From Candidatus Acidiferrales bacterium (GTDB lineage Bacteria > Acidobacteriota > Terriglobia > Acidiferrales > UBA7541), in contig DATBYF010000048.1 of NCBI GenBank assembly GCA_036513895.1, positions 754 through 64,753 of the forward strand: a stretch of 64,000 nucleotides of DNA, in the 5' to 3' direction. How positions within the stretch are numbered: the stretch's first letter is position 1; each line of letters opens with the position of its first letter. Both the position numbers and the translations under genes were made by a program. This document shows, one piece after another, positions 31,580 to 43,071 of this stretch. The notes below the pieces were generated by a model. The model did no database searches, had not been told where the DNA came from, and saw nothing but the letters and a program-made list of their open reading frames with translations.

Positions 31580-31609
31580 GCAGATCCCTCGCTTCGCTCG
31601 GGATGACAA
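31580..31609 (+). repeat. REP-like 30-mer, copy 1 (gcagatccctcgcttcgctcgggatgacaa)
   Basis: Matches copy 2 (32467-32496) at 28/30 in the same orientation. It contains the dyad ATCCC...GGGAT. Bottom-strand translation gives VIPSEARDL-type pseudo-peptides in spurious ORFs. Confidence 0.6.
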
Positions 31610-31827
31610 TTTGTGGGCCGTGATCGGACAAGGCGGCTGGTCTTATGAAATATAGCGCCAAAAATGCCTGGCCTGTAATCGTAGCGGCGGTATCTTGCCG
31701 GCGATTTTCCGCCCAGCTACCCCACACAAAAACGCCGGCAAGACGCCGGCGCTACGAGTGACTGTTTGCTGCTGGCAGAACCGGTCGATCATTTGTAGGG
31801 ATGGTCAAATATTCCGGGAGAAGATGA

Positions 31828-32352
31828 ATGGGCAAAGGGTTGGTGATTGGATTTATTTTGGGGGTGCTGGCGCTTGTGGCGTGCGTTTATCTTTACTTTG
31901 CCACTGGACGAGCGCCGGTTGCTGTGACCGATCCGGATCTGCCTTTTGAAAAAACGCTGGCTCACAAGGCCTTGCATGCTCGAATTAACAGCGAAAGACC
32001 GCAGGACTCGCCTGTGCCTGCCGATGAGGCGAATTTCCTCGCAGGCGCAGAGGTCTATCGCGAGAATTGCGCCATGTGCCACGGATTACCGAACCAAGGT
32101 CAGACTGCCATCGCCCAAGGAATGCGCCCGAAGCCGCCGCAACTATTCCACGGAACGGGAGTGACGGACGATCCGGCGTGGGAAACTTTCTGGAAAGCGT
32201 GCAACGGAATTCGGATGACGGGGATGCCCGGGTTCAAGGGAAAGCTCAGCGACACGCAACTTTGGCAGGTGAGTCAACTGCTGGCGAACGCTGACAAGAT
32301 TCCCGACTCGGTGAAGACGGCCCTCGCGTCTGGCGCGCTTCCTGCAAGGTAA
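31828..32352 (+). CDS. Membrane-anchored mono-heme c-type cytochrome
   Basis: Track ORF, 174 aa, with an N-terminal TM helix (LVIGFILGVLALVACVYLYF), a CAMCH heme-binding motif, and a distal Met region (IRMTGMPGF). Confidence 0.8.
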   Translation: MGKGLVIGFILGVLALVACVYLYFATGRAPVAVTDPDLPFEKTLAHKALHARINSERPQDSPVPADEANFLAGAEVYRENCAMCHGLPNQGQTAIAQGMRPKPPQLFHGTGVTDDPAWETFWKACNGIRMTGMPGFKGKLSDTQLWQVSQLLANADKIPDSVKTALASGALPAR

Positions 32353-32466
32353 CTAAGATGGCTATCGGGGCAAGGGAGTCTGTGAGAGAAGTGCAAAGCT
32401 GGATGCTACAGCGCCGGAGTAGTGAGCTTGGCAATACGGAAACGGGACAGAGCCCCGACGCGAACC

Positions 32467-32496
32467 GCAGATCCCTCACTTCGTTCGGGATGACAA
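32467..32496 (+). repeat. REP-like 30-mer, copy 2 (gcagatccctcacttcgttcgggatgacaa)
   Basis: See copy 1. Together the two copies bracket the cytochrome c gene. Confidence 0.6.
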
Positions 32497-32581
32497 CGTT
32501 TCTGCTTTTTTCCGCAACTCGTGAAGTCGTGCCCTGACGAAAATCGACGTTGCCACACAGACTGCAAGAGTGCGGGCGAAA

Positions 32582-35479
32582 CTATTGCGAGGAGGCACCC
32601 GAGTCCCGCAGGAGTACGACATCGGCTTCCGTTTGCGAGCGGATCATGCCGATGGATTTCCCGTCCGGTGCCAAGTGAACGGTATCTATCACTTCGCTCG
32701 TAAAATTTGTGATCTGACGCCCCGGCGAACCATCCAGCGGTTGCATCCACAGATTTCCGACTCCATTCTCCAGAATCGAATAAATCAGCGCTTTCCCGTC
32801 CGAAGTGAAACTCAGATGGCCTTTTACGCGCGGATCTGGATCGATCATGCGCGTCTGCGGCTCCGCTCCAGCGTCGAGGGGCACCAACGCTATTTTCTGC
32901 ACGCCGGCAGCCGCGCCGTTTGTCGGCGTAAGCGTGATCACGCACGCTAGATACTTGCCGTCCGGCGAGACCCCAACATCGTGCGACGACACGATCCCAT
33001 TCGGGATGGCTGTGCCCGGAATAATCGCCGGCTTACTCGAGCCATCCACGGAAACGCGCATGAGATTTCCGGTGTTTTCATCCGTGTAATACGCCCACTT
33101 GGAATCTGGCGAGCACTTCGGGAAGTCATTGAATTTGCCAAGAGTAATTTGCTTCGCGTCGCCTCCGTTCGCGTCCGTGCGCCAGATGTTCTCGATGGCC
33201 GCTTCATTCGGACCGTTCCAGCTAAATAGAACAGTGCGCCCATCCGCGCAGGAGTCAATTCCGTAGAGGCCCACGTTGCTCAGCAAAACCGACTTGTTGC
33301 TCCCATCGACTGACACTCGCTCGAAATCGTCCTCTTGTCGGAGGTAAAAGCCGCCCGCGCCCGCCCAAGCGAAATCGCTGATATCTTTCTCCTGCGAAAG
33401 CGCTGGAGCCGGTACGTTCGCGCCTGTGCCCGTCGTCGGAAACGTGTAAAAGCTGCGCAAAGTTTTTTGTTGCACGGTTGCCAAAGTCTTCGCGTCGCCC
33501 GAGAGCGTCAAAGTCCTGTAACTATTCGTATCCTTGGTAACGGCGTGAAATTGCCCGCCCGGATATCCGATAAATCCGATCTGATAACGCGTGTAATGCG
33601 ACGACGCATCCTGGTAAATCCCGAGCATTCCCTTCCCGTCCGGCAGCCAAACCAGTCTTTCGAAATATTTATCCTTGAATGAGGCAATCGGCTTGGCTTG
33701 GCCGGACGCGACGTCGAAGAGATCAATCACCGTGAGCATATCGCCTATTTGGTATTCGGGTCTGGCGACCCGGTTGTCGTTCGGCAGCCAGGCGACGAAG
33801 CGAGACGCTTCCGTCATCGGTCCCGTGGCAAACATCTTCTCGTCGGAGCCATCGGCGTTTGCGGTTCGGAATTGAAACTTTCCGACATCAGGATCGTTGT
33901 CGCGCATGAACGCGAAGCGTTTCCCATCGGAGGAAAATGAAATGTCGGAATCAATGTCGCGTATCAGAAGTTGAGGGGCACCGCCCAAGACGGGTGCGCG
34001 GTAGAGGTTGTTTACGGAACCGATGGCGGCTTCGGCCTTGGTGAAATAGATGTAATTTCCGTCCGTGGAAAAGCCGAAATAAACATAACGGGAGTCGGCG
34101 GGCGCGATTACTTGCGTATTACTGTTTGTCGGTACGTTGCGCAGCCAGAGGCTCGATTTGCCGCCATCTATTACTTCACTGAGGATGTATTTTCCGTCTG
34201 GTGAAATCGCGGCGCGCGCGGATTTGCCATTGTTGGTGAGCTGGGAAATTGAGAAATTCTGGAAAGGCACAACGCCTTTGCCGGCGAAGAGCGAATAGAT
34301 TCCGTAGCCGGCGCCGATAACGAGAAGCAGAATCACTACAGCGGCTGCGACGAGCTTGCCTTTATTTTGCTTTGCCGCTTCGACTACCACGGAGCTGCCC
34401 GAGGCGTGACTGGCCGACGCTTGGCTGCCCAACAGATGCGGGGCTCCGCTTTGCGGCTGCGCAGTTGACGCGCTCTGAGCCTGAGGGTGGGCCTGGGCCG
34501 AAAGTGCCTGCGACGAGGAGCCGATATTCGCGGCGGCGGACGGCGAACTTGCATCGGTCACCGCGGCCATCGAGGATCCTGAGCGCCCCGATTCCGCTTC
34601 GCGTTTCAGGCGCTTCAAATCCGCGCGCATGTCGGATGCGTGCTGATAGCGGGTCTCGCGATCTTTCTCGAGCGCCTTGGCGATGATGCGCTCGAGTTCG
34701 GCCGGGACTTCGGCGTTCAGCCGCACCGGTGCGGCCACTGGACGATTCATGATGGCATCGAAAATTACGCCGGTGGATTCGCCGCGGAATGGCGGCGTTC
34801 CCGTAACCATTTCGTAGAGCACTACGCCGAACGAAAATAAGTCGCTGCGCGAATCGAGTTCCTTCGCCCGCACTTGCTCCGGGGACATATACGCTACTGT
34901 GCCAAGCGTACTGCCCGGATTCGTCAAGTGTTCAGGAGTCACGGCGGCGGCGGTTTCCTGCGTGGCCGACATGGAGAGGCCGGATGCGGGCGTGAGCGTC
35001 TTCGCGAGGCCGAAGTCAAGGATTTTCACGTGGCCGCGAGCGGTGATGAAAATGTTCGCGGGCTTGATGTCGCGATGCACGATGCCTTTTGCGTGCGCGG
35101 CATCGAGGGCGTCGGCGATCTCAATCGAAAATTCCAGGGTGTCGTCGAGAGGAAGCGCCCGGCCGGAAATGCGATGGCGCAGCGTCTGGCCTTCCAGATA
35201 CTGCATCACGATAAACGGCTGGCCATTTTCCTCGGAAATTTCGTAGATCGAGCAGATGTTTGGATGGTCAAGCGCCGAAGCGGCGCGGGCTTCTCGCTGA
35301 AAGCGTTCGAGGGCCTGGCGGTCATTTGCCATATCTTCGGGCAAAAATTTCAGGGCGACAAATCGGCCGAGCTTGGTGTCTTCGGCCTTGTAGACGACGC
35401 CCATGCCGCCGCCGCCGAGCTTTTCGAGGATTCGATAGTGCGAGAAGGTCCGTCCAGAAAGTGGCGCAGCATCGGGCAT
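32582..35479 (-). CDS. Membrane Ser/Thr protein kinase with extracytoplasmic PD40/TolB-like beta-propeller region
   Basis: Track ORF, 965 aa. Hanks kinase motifs are [27 protein letters not shown] and DFGLAK. It has one TM helix ([21 protein letters not shown]), then ~550 aa with recurring SPDGK/SxDG repeats. Confidence 0.9.
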   Translation of the reverse strand: MPDAAPLSGRTFSHYRILEKLGGGGMGVVYKAEDTKLGRFVALKFLPEDMANDRQALERFQREARAASALDHPNICSIYEISEENGQPFIVMQYLEGQTLRHRISGRALPLDDTLEFSIEIADALDAAHAKGIVHRDIKPANIFITARGHVKILDFGLAKTLTPASGLSMSATQETAAAVTPEHLTNPGSTLGTVAYMSPEQVRAKELDSRSDLFSFGVVLYEMVTGTPPFRGESTGVIFDAIMNRPVAAPVRLNAEVPAELERIIAKALEKDRETRYQHASDMRADLKRLKREAESGRSGSSMAAVTDASSPSAAANIGSSSQALSAQAHPQAQSASTAQPQSGAPHLLGSQASASHASGSSVVVEAAKQNKGKLVAAAVVILLLVIGAGYGIYSLFAGKGVVPFQNFSISQLTNNGKSARAAISPDGKYILSEVIDGGKSSLWLRNVPTNSNTQVIAPADSRYVYFGFSTDGNYIYFTKAEAAIGSVNNLYRAPVLGGAPQLLIRDIDSDISFSSDGKRFAFMRDNDPDVGKFQFRTANADGSDEKMFATGPMTEASRFVAWLPNDNRVARPEYQIGDMLTVIDLFDVASGQAKPIASFKDKYFERLVWLPDGKGMLGIYQDASSHYTRYQIGFIGYPGGQFHAVTKDTNSYRTLTLSGDAKTLATVQQKTLRSFYTFPTTGTGANVPAPALSQEKDISDFAWAGAGGFYLRQEDDFERVSVDGSNKSVLLSNVGLYGIDSCADGRTVLFSWNGPNEAAIENIWRTDANGGDAKQITLGKFNDFPKCSPDSKWAYYTDENTGNLMRVSVDGSSKPAIIPGTAIPNGIVSSHDVGVSPDGKYLACVITLTPTNGAAAGVQKIALVPLDAGAEPQTRMIDPDPRVKGHLSFTSDGKALIYSILENGVGNLWMQPLDGSPGRQITNFTSEVIDTVHLAPDGKSIGMIRSQTEADVVLLRDSGASSQ

Positions 35480-35587
35480 AGGCGCGAATTTTATGCTGCG
35501 GCCTCATTCAAGTCAACGCAGCACGGCTATTCAGATGTGGAATTGGTCGATTGGATTGGCAAGTAAATCCACCACGGTACGGATGTA

Positions 35588-38473
35588 TTACTGAGTAGCG
35601 GCAGAATCGCGAAGAAGTATGACGTCCGACTCGGTATGAATCCGAAGCATCGCGAGAGTTTTGCCATCAGGGGACCAATGCACGACCGAAACAAACTCCG
35701 ATGGAAAATTCGTAATTTGGTGTCCGGCGGAGCCATCGAGCGGCTGAAGCCATAAATTGTCCACGCCGCCGGCGCGGATCGTGTATACCAACGCGCGTCC
35801 ATCGGGCGTGAATCGGGGCCCGTCCGTAATATTCGGATTTGCTTCAATCAATCGAATGCGCGGCTGAGAACCTTGATCAAGAGGGTCGAGAACAATTCTC
35901 TGTACGGTGGAAGCACCGGCCGCCGTTGTCGACGTCATGAACGCCAGCATCTTCCCATCCGGCGACAAGCCCAGATGAGTATCGCCAACGATAGCGTTCG
36001 GAATGACGGACCCTGGAACGACTTCCGGTTTGCTCGATCCATCGATAGGCACGCGCATTACATTGCCGTTGTTTTCGAAATAGTACGCCGCTTTCGAATC
36101 GGAAGAGCAGACAGGATTCAGATCAGCCTTGCCGAACGAGAGTTGCTTCGGATCGCCACCGTCGGCGTTGGTGCGCCAAATTGTGACTTTCTTGTCACCG
36201 CCGTGGTTAATCCAGCTAAACAGCAGCGTCTTCCCATCGGGACATAGGTTCAATCCGAAGATGGGAGAATTGCTCATGAGGACAGTCTTGCTGCTGGCGT
36301 CGGAGGAAATGCGGATTAGTTTGAAGTCTTCGACGAGATAGAAATCTCCGCCGCTCGTCCATGCGAAGTCGCTGAAGCTGCCGTTTTCCTGTGTCAGCGC
36401 CGGGCCGGGAACAGCCGGACCGGCGCCCGCCGCTGGAAAGAGAAAGAAGTTCCGCAGTGTCTTCTGCTGCACGGTGGCGAGGGTATTGCCGTCGCCGGAA
36501 ACTGTTAGTGCTTGGTAGTTGTTCGTATCCTTGGTGATCGGCTGAAATTTTCCTCCGGGATATGAGATCAGGCCGATTTGGAAACGGGAGTAGTTTGTGG
36601 ACTGATCCTGGTAAAGAGCGAGCAAGCCCCTTCCGTTTGGAAGCCACTCGATCCCTCGAATGAGTTTGTCCTTGAATCCGGCGATTGTTTTCACCTTGCC
36701 GGTATCTGTGTCGAAAAGCCGGATCGCGGTCAAGTCGTCGCCAAACTGAATTACCGCGGCCGCGATCTGATTGCTTCCGGGCATCCAGGCGATAAATTGA
36801 GTCGCTTCGGAGTTGGGTCCTCCCGCAAACATCTTCTCGCCCGTCCCGTCTGAATTGGCAACGAGAAATTGATATTTGCCCACGTCGGGATCGTTGTCGC
36901 GCATGTAGGCGATGCGCTTGCCGTCCGCTGAAAAAGCCACGTTGGAATCAATGTCGCGGACAAGGACCTGCGGGGCGCCGCCGAGAACAGGCGCGCGATA
37001 AAGATCGAAGGCATCCAGCAGCGCGGTTTGCGACTTGCGAAAGTAGATGTAGTTTCCATCCGGCGAAAACGCCAAGTCCGCGTAGCCCAGCTCCGACGGA
37101 GCGATTACCTGTGTGTCGCTGCTTGTCGGCACATGGCGCAACCACAGGCTGGACTTCCCGCCGCCGGTTAGCTCACTGAGGATATATTTCCCGTCGGGTG
37201 AGATCGCCGCGAGTGCCGACTTGCCGTTGTCGGTGACCTGTGAAATGGCGAAATTCTGGAACAGTGGAGCGCTCTTGCCGGCCAGAAGCGAATACACGCC
37301 GTAACCCGCCGCGGCCAAGACGATGAGCGCAACGAGGAGGCCAGCCGACAGTCCGAGTTTGTGTTGCTTCGCCGTTTCGACCACGACGGAGCTACCGGAA
37401 GCATGAGCCGGCTGCGCCGCTCCGCTTTCCAGGTGAACTCCTCGGCTGCTCTCAGCGGTAACCGCTGGGTGCCGGGAGGAAGAAGCTATAGTCGCGCCGG
37501 CAGAAGATAACCTCTGCGCAGCCGAACTTGCGCTTTCTGCCGTAACAACATCATCCGGCAACTGTTGGGCAAATGATGCCGACTTGCTCGAATCCGAATC
37601 GCGCTTTAGCCGCTGCAGATCGGCGCGCATCTCGGCGGCGCTCTGGTATCGCAGCTTACGATTTTTTTCGAGTGCTTTGCTGATGATTCGTTCGAGTTCG
37701 GCCGGGACATCTGGATTCAGCCGCACGGGCGCAACGGGCAATCGCTCGAGAATGGCGTTCGTGACGACGCCAGAAGTGTCGCCCCGAAACGGCAGAACGC
37801 CTGTCACCATCTCGTAGATAACCACGCCAAACGAGAAAAGGTCGGTGCGCGCATCGAGTTCTTCGCCACGCACTTGCTCCGGCGACATGTAAGCAACCGT
37901 GCCTACGGCCGTGCCGGGGCTTGTAAGCATTGCACCGATGGCATCGGCGGTCTCACCAACTGAATCAGTCGAAGAGCCGCGCGCCTGGACAAGTTTCGCC
38001 AGACCGAAGTCAAGAATCTTCACCTGTTCCCGCTTCGTGAGGAAAATGTTCGCGGGCTTGATGTCGCGGTGGACGATTCCCTCGGTGTGCGCCGCGTCGA
38101 GCGCGTCGGCAATCTGTGCCGAAATTTCCAGCGCTTCCTGCACAGGGAGGGACTTACCCGATATGCGATGCTTGAGCGTCTGGCCCTTCATCAACTCCAT
38201 GGCAATGAAGGGGCGGCCATCGTGCTGGCCGATCTCGTAAATCGTGCAGATATTGGGATGATTCAGCGCCGAGGCAGCGCGAGCTTCGCGCTGAAAGCGT
38301 TCGAGGGCTTGCCGGTCACTCGAGACGTCGTCGGGCAGAAATTTCAATGCGACGTGGCGGCCAAGGCTTTCGTCCTCAGCCTCATAGACGACGCCCATTC
38401 CGCCGCCCCCGAGTTTTTCAAGGACGCGATAGTGGGAAATTGAACGACCGGACAGTGGGGCGGAATCAGGCAT
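35588..38473 (-). CDS. Membrane Ser/Thr protein kinase with PD40/TolB-like beta-propeller region (tandem paralog)
   Basis: Track ORF, 961 aa, with the same architecture as the neighbor and colinear with it ([34 protein letters not shown]...). Confidence 0.9.
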   Translation of the reverse strand: MPDSAPLSGRSISHYRVLEKLGGGGMGVVYEAEDESLGRHVALKFLPDDVSSDRQALERFQREARAASALNHPNICTIYEIGQHDGRPFIAMELMKGQTLKHRISGKSLPVQEALEISAQIADALDAAHTEGIVHRDIKPANIFLTKREQVKILDFGLAKLVQARGSSTDSVGETADAIGAMLTSPGTAVGTVAYMSPEQVRGEELDARTDLFSFGVVIYEMVTGVLPFRGDTSGVVTNAILERLPVAPVRLNPDVPAELERIISKALEKNRKLRYQSAAEMRADLQRLKRDSDSSKSASFAQQLPDDVVTAESASSAAQRLSSAGATIASSSRHPAVTAESSRGVHLESGAAQPAHASGSSVVVETAKQHKLGLSAGLLVALIVLAAAGYGVYSLLAGKSAPLFQNFAISQVTDNGKSALAAISPDGKYILSELTGGGKSSLWLRHVPTSSDTQVIAPSELGYADLAFSPDGNYIYFRKSQTALLDAFDLYRAPVLGGAPQVLVRDIDSNVAFSADGKRIAYMRDNDPDVGKYQFLVANSDGTGEKMFAGGPNSEATQFIAWMPGSNQIAAAVIQFGDDLTAIRLFDTDTGKVKTIAGFKDKLIRGIEWLPNGRGLLALYQDQSTNYSRFQIGLISYPGGKFQPITKDTNNYQALTVSGDGNTLATVQQKTLRNFFLFPAAGAGPAVPGPALTQENGSFSDFAWTSGGDFYLVEDFKLIRISSDASSKTVLMSNSPIFGLNLCPDGKTLLFSWINHGGDKKVTIWRTNADGGDPKQLSFGKADLNPVCSSDSKAAYYFENNGNVMRVPIDGSSKPEVVPGSVIPNAIVGDTHLGLSPDGKMLAFMTSTTAAGASTVQRIVLDPLDQGSQPRIRLIEANPNITDGPRFTPDGRALVYTIRAGGVDNLWLQPLDGSAGHQITNFPSEFVSVVHWSPDGKTLAMLRIHTESDVILLRDSAATQ

Positions 38474-38538
38474 GGATGCGAATGTTATGCTGCGAACCTA
38501 CTCAAGTCAACGCGGGGCATCGCTTTAGGTGCGTCGTG

Positions 38539-41500
38539 CTAGGCTGGATTGGGGGATGGATTTGGCGTCGAGCTGGATTCGGACTGAGTTTCTTCGTCCT
38601 TATGTCCAAATCGGACAAAAACCGGTAGGAGAAGCAAAATCGCCAGCGGGGATGTGACCATGCCGCCGACGACCACGCGGGCGAGCGGTTGCTGAGCTTG
38701 AGCGCCGATTCCGCTTGATAGCGCGGCCGGCAAGAGACCGAGTCCCGCGGCGGTGCAAGCCATCATCACGGCGCGCATTTCTGCCAGCGCGCCTCGTTCG
38801 ATGCCGCCAGCGATGTGCGAGCGCTTCATTCCTTCACGAATGCCGGACAAAAACACCACTCCGCCGAGGGTTGCGACGCCAATGATTGAAGCGAATCCGA
38901 CCGCCGCGGAGATGCTGAATGGAGTGCCAGTGACGGCGAGCGCAAGAACGCCGCCGATGGCACAAAATGGAAGCGTGGCGAGAATCAAGAGCGCGTCACG
39001 CAGAGACTGGAAGGTCATGAATAGCAGCGCGAGAATAATCAACAAGCTGATGGGCAGGACGATCGCCAGTCGCCGCTGCTCTTTCTGCAGTGCGTCGTAC
39101 TCGCCGGCCCACTCATAGTGGTAGCCCTCCGGCAATTGAACTTTTCCGGCGAGCGTGCCCTCGACTTCGTTCATTGTGCTGGCGAGGTCGCGGCCGCGGA
39201 CGCTGAATTTCACGGGAATGTATCGGCGCCCGTTTTCGCGATAGATCATGAAGGCACCCGATTGCAAATCCACGTGAGCCACTTGCCCCAGCGGGACGCT
39301 GCTGCCGTCGGGCGTGGGAAGCAGGATGCTGCGGATGGCTTCCGGGCTTTGCCGATATTCCGGCTTGTAGCGGATCACAAAATCGAAACGGCGATCGCCT
39401 TCGAGAATTTGGGTCGCCGCCTGGCCGCCCACGGCCGCTTGAACGGCCGAATTAATGTCCGAGGCCATCAGGCCGTAACGCGCGCTTTCCGTGCGATCGA
39501 TCGAAACGATTAATTGCGGCTGGCCCGTTTCGGGGAAGACACCGAGGTCCGTGACGCCTTTCACGCCTGCCATCTTGTCGCGAATTTCTCCGGCTTTCGC
39601 GACCAGGACGTCTATATCGTCGCCGAAAAGCTTGAGGGAATTCTCGCCTTTGACGCCGGACATGGCTTCTTCGACGTTGTCTTGAATATTCTGCGAGAAA
39701 TTGAAATCAATGCCGGGAAACTTGGTGAGGCGCTCGTTCATCTGGCGGATCAGCTCGGGCTTGGTCAGTGGGCCCCAGCGATCGGCAGGTTTGAGTTGGA
39801 CGAAGAACTCGATGTTGTTGAATGTGGTGATATCGGTCCCGTCGTCCGGGCGGCCAAGCTGGGATACCACCTGAGTCACAACCGGGAAATCGCGCAAGAT
39901 GGTGCGAATTTCGTTGGAGAGGCGCGTGGCCGATTCGAGCGAAACATCCTGCGGCAATACGGCGCGCACCCATAGATTGCCTTCCTCGAGCTGCGGCATG
40001 AATTCTCCGCCGAGGAAAAACATGACTCCGAGAGTGGCCGCGAGCGCCAGAATCGCCAACGCGAGGACGCCTTTGCGATGCGCCAGCACTCGGGGCAATA
40101 ATTTGGCGTAGCGCATCCGCAACCACGCGACGATAAACGTCATTTTTTCTTTCGGGTGATGATGCTGGCCTGGATTTTCCTCGACGGGCTCCTCTCTGTG
40201 CGCGGCGCCGAATGAAGCGAGGGTCGGCGCGATGAGCAGCGAAAATAAGAGTGCTCCGAGCAGCGCGTAACCGTATGTTGCCGACATCGGCGCGAAGATC
40301 TTGCCGGGGACGCCGCGCATGGTGAAGAGCGGAATTAGCGCGACGATGATGACCATTACTGAAAACAAGACCGGGGTCGCTGCAGCCGCTGTCGCATCCG
40401 CGATCACGTCGAAAACTTGCTCGCCGGGGCGAATGGTCTGCAGGCGGCGATGGATTCGCTCGAGGACAATGATCGCGGCATCGACAAGAATGCCGAAATC
40501 GATGGCGCCGATGGAGATCAGGTTTGCCGATACTCCTGTGGACACCATCAGCGCGAACGCAAAAAGTAGAGAGCACGGAATAGCGAGCGCGGTGATGAGC
40601 GACAGGCGGATATTGCCGAGGAACAACAGCAGAACCGTCGTCACGAGGATTAGTCCCATCAAGACAACGTGCCGCACGGTTCCCGTTGTGACGTTGATGA
40701 GGTCGGTGCGGTCGTAAATCGGAACGATATGAATCCCGTGCGGCAACAGTCCGTTATTGAGCTGGTTCACTTTTACGCGCAGGGCCGCGAGCGCCGGAAG
40801 CGATTTCTCCCCGCGTTGCAACAGGACGATGCCCTCGACGATATCGTTCTGAGCGTCGGCGCCGACCAATCCTAAGCGCGGTTGATAGCCTTCGTGGACG
40901 TCGCCAACGTCGCCGAGAAACACGGGCACGCCATTGCGTGACGTGAGGACGATATTGCGCATGTCGTGCAGACTGTGGAGCAACCCGAGGCCGCGGACGT
41001 TGACGCTCTGGCTGCCGTACGTCAGATAGTTTCCACCCGCGTTGGAATTGCTTGCGGTGACTGCTGTGACCACTTGCGGAAGAGGCACGCCATATTGCAA
41101 CAGCTTCCGCGGATCGATTTCGGCCTGATATTGCTTCGTCGTGCCGCCGAAAGTGGTGATATCAATGATTCCCGGCACCTGCTTCAGCTCGCGGGTAACG
41201 AACCAATCTTGTGTGGCCTTCAGTTCATTCAGCGTATAGCCATTGCCTTCGAGTTTGTAACGGTAGATCTCGCCGATGGGCGACCAAGGGGATAGTTGGG
41301 GTGTGAGATTTTGCGGCAAGGTCACGAGTTGCAGGCGATTCAAAACTTCCTGGCGATCCCAGAGATAATCGCTGTCGTAATCGAAATAGAGTTTTACGTC
41401 GCTGAGGCCGAATACGCTGATCGAACGAATGTACTGAATGCGCGGAATGCCGAAGAGCGTCGTCTCTTCCGGTACGGTAATCTGGCGCTCCATCTCTTCC

Positions 41501-41670
41501 GCCGACCATGCCGGATTCTGGGTGATCACTTCAACGAGAGGTGGCGAGGGATCGGGGTAGGCTTCGATGTTGAGGCCGTGAAAAATGTAAAGCCCGCCGG
41601 CCAGCCAGGCTACGAGGGCCAGAATGACCAGAGGGCGGAACTGCAGAAGGTAGCGGGTCAAGGCTCGCAT
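38539..41670 (-). CDS. RND efflux pump, heavy-metal-efflux (CzcA/CusA) family, pair 1
   Basis: Track ORF, 1043 aa, RND topology, with GAIDFGILVDAAIIVLERI in TM4 (HME-type motif). Confidence 0.85.
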   Translation of the reverse strand: MRALTRYLLQFRPLVILALVAWLAGGLYIFHGLNIEAYPDPSPPLVEVITQNPAWSAEEMERQITVPEETTLFGIPRIQYIRSISVFGLSDVKLYFDYDSDYLWDRQEVLNRLQLVTLPQNLTPQLSPWSPIGEIYRYKLEGNGYTLNELKATQDWFVTRELKQVPGIIDITTFGGTTKQYQAEIDPRKLLQYGVPLPQVVTAVTASNSNAGGNYLTYGSQSVNVRGLGLLHSLHDMRNIVLTSRNGVPVFLGDVGDVHEGYQPRLGLVGADAQNDIVEGIVLLQRGEKSLPALAALRVKVNQLNNGLLPHGIHIVPIYDRTDLINVTTGTVRHVVLMGLILVTTVLLLFLGNIRLSLITALAIPCSLLFAFALMVSTGVSANLISIGAIDFGILVDAAIIVLERIHRRLQTIRPGEQVFDVIADATAAAATPVLFSVMVIIVALIPLFTMRGVPGKIFAPMSATYGYALLGALLFSLLIAPTLASFGAAHREEPVEENPGQHHHPKEKMTFIVAWLRMRYAKLLPRVLAHRKGVLALAILALAATLGVMFFLGGEFMPQLEEGNLWVRAVLPQDVSLESATRLSNEIRTILRDFPVVTQVVSQLGRPDDGTDITTFNNIEFFVQLKPADRWGPLTKPELIRQMNERLTKFPGIDFNFSQNIQDNVEEAMSGVKGENSLKLFGDDIDVLVAKAGEIRDKMAGVKGVTDLGVFPETGQPQLIVSIDRTESARYGLMASDINSAVQAAVGGQAATQILEGDRRFDFVIRYKPEYRQSPEAIRSILLPTPDGSSVPLGQVAHVDLQSGAFMIYRENGRRYIPVKFSVRGRDLASTMNEVEGTLAGKVQLPEGYHYEWAGEYDALQKEQRRLAIVLPISLLIILALLFMTFQSLRDALLILATLPFCAIGGVLALAVTGTPFSISAAVGFASIIGVATLGGVVFLSGIREGMKRSHIAGGIERGALAEMRAVMMACTAAGLGLLPAALSSGIGAQAQQPLARVVVGGMVTSPLAILLLLPVFVRFGHKDEETQSESSSTPNPSPNPA

Positions 41671-41679
41671 GATTATTCG

Positions 41680-42786
41680 CTAGCTCGCCCGCACCAGAAG
41701 CGCTCCTTCGGTCACCACGGTCTCGCCGACCTGTAGGCCCTGCGTGATCTCGACGTCAGAACCGACGGCGCGGCCGGGTGTGACCGCACGTTTTTCAAAA
41801 TGGCCAGGGGATTTTTGAACGAATACAAAGACCCCGCCCGATTCTCGAAGCAGCGCGCTCGTGGGAACCTGGATTCCGTTTAAGGTAGCGCGCAAAACAC
41901 GGATGGAAGCGAACATTTCCGGCTTTAACTTTTCACCGGGATTGGGCAGAACAACGCGCAGCCTCAGAGCATGCGTGACTGGATCAATCGCGTCGCCCAC
42001 GTTGCCCACGCGGCCTTCCAAAGTTAGTCCCGGATAAGCGCTGACGGAAATCTGCGCGCGATCGCCGGACTTCACGCCGACAATGTCTTTCTCGTAGACG
42101 TCGCCAAGCACCCATACGGTGGACAGATCGGCGAGCGTATACAGTGGAGCGGGCGCATCGAGGGATTTCGAAAATTCTCCAGGTGATGCCCCGATATCGA
42201 GCACGACGGCGTCGCGCGGCGCCGTTATGGCCAGGCGATCCATTGCGCCTTCAGGCGATGCGCCCAGAACCTTGAGTTGGGTTTGAGCCCGGTTGACTTC
42301 GGATTTCGCGGTATTGTCGTCCGCAACCGCCTGCTGGTAATCCTTTTCCGCGATGGCTTTGTGCTGGTAGAGATCGGCAGCGCGTTCGAGGGCTCGGGCT
42401 TTGAGTTCCGCGTCCGTTTTCGCTTTCTGATAATCGGATCGCGCCGCGGCGACGTCGCTGCTATCGAGAACCGCGATCACCTGGCCACGATGTACGCGGT
42501 CGCCTGGCCGAACTTCCACGGATGTCACGCGTCCGCCGAGGGGCGGATAGACGCGGATTACCTTTGTCGGATCGGGCGCTACGCGGCCCGGAATTTCGAG
42601 ATAGTCGGGAACGGATTTCTTCGCGAGAACGACCGTTTGGACGCCGGATGAATTCGCCGGAATCGAGATTTCCGACGGCGCGCTGCTCGAATCGGCAGGA
42701 GGCGCAGGGGCCTGTTGCTGCTGAGCCGGGGTGCCGCAGGCAGTCATCGCAGCCGCCATGACTGCGGAGATTAGTAAGCGCCTCAT
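41680..42786 (-). CDS. RND periplasmic adaptor (membrane fusion protein), pair 1
   Basis: Track ORF 41680..42861 trimmed to ATG 42786 (MRRLLISAVMAAAMTACG, lipoprotein-type signal). It has a biotinyl-lipoyl-like plus coiled-coil plus beta-barrel pattern. Confidence 0.8.
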   Translation of the reverse strand: MRRLLISAVMAAAMTACGTPAQQQQAPAPPADSSSAPSEISIPANSSGVQTVVLAKKSVPDYLEIPGRVAPDPTKVIRVYPPLGGRVTSVEVRPGDRVHRGQVIAVLDSSDVAAARSDYQKAKTDAELKARALERAADLYQHKAIAEKDYQQAVADDNTAKSEVNRAQTQLKVLGASPEGAMDRLAITAPRDAVVLDIGASPGEFSKSLDAPAPLYTLADLSTVWVLGDVYEKDIVGVKSGDRAQISVSAYPGLTLEGRVGNVGDAIDPVTHALRLRVVLPNPGEKLKPEMFASIRVLRATLNGIQVPTSALLRESGGVFVFVQKSPGHFEKRAVTPGRAVGSDVEITQGLQVGETVVTEGALLVRAS

Positions 42787-43071
42787 GCTCGTATTTTCAT
42801 AATCGTGATGGCGTTTCAGGCTGGGTTTCAAATGATTCTCATTCCTTCGATTGCGAAGCAAAATTCGCGCCTTTAGATAGATGCGATAGATGAACCAGCG
42901 GCAAGAGATTCTTAGCCATGTACTATTACTCTACACTGAGAACATAGTTCCCTTAAAAAGAGATGTGTTGCGATGCGAAAAGACTGAGAACAAAGGAGGA
43001 ATCGCGAGGTGCCGTCTAACGAGAGGGTGAAAGTTCGGAGTTTTATTGGAACCTAGCGGCGGCGAGGCAAT

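Noticed and set aside
31052-31609. Track ORF (-, 185 aa) spanning the GH31 3' end and the REP-like element, and ORF 32406..32945 (-)
   Set aside because: They are antisense to well-supported genes. Their only distinctive segments (SSRAKRGICIS, HPERSEGS) are translations of the 30-mer repeat.
43009-43056. Tiny + strand ORF (GTG, 15 codons) preceded by AAGGAGG in the RND intergenic gap
   Set aside because: It is very short with no paralog or conservation evidence. It runs opposite to all neighbouring genes, so the SD match is probably chance.
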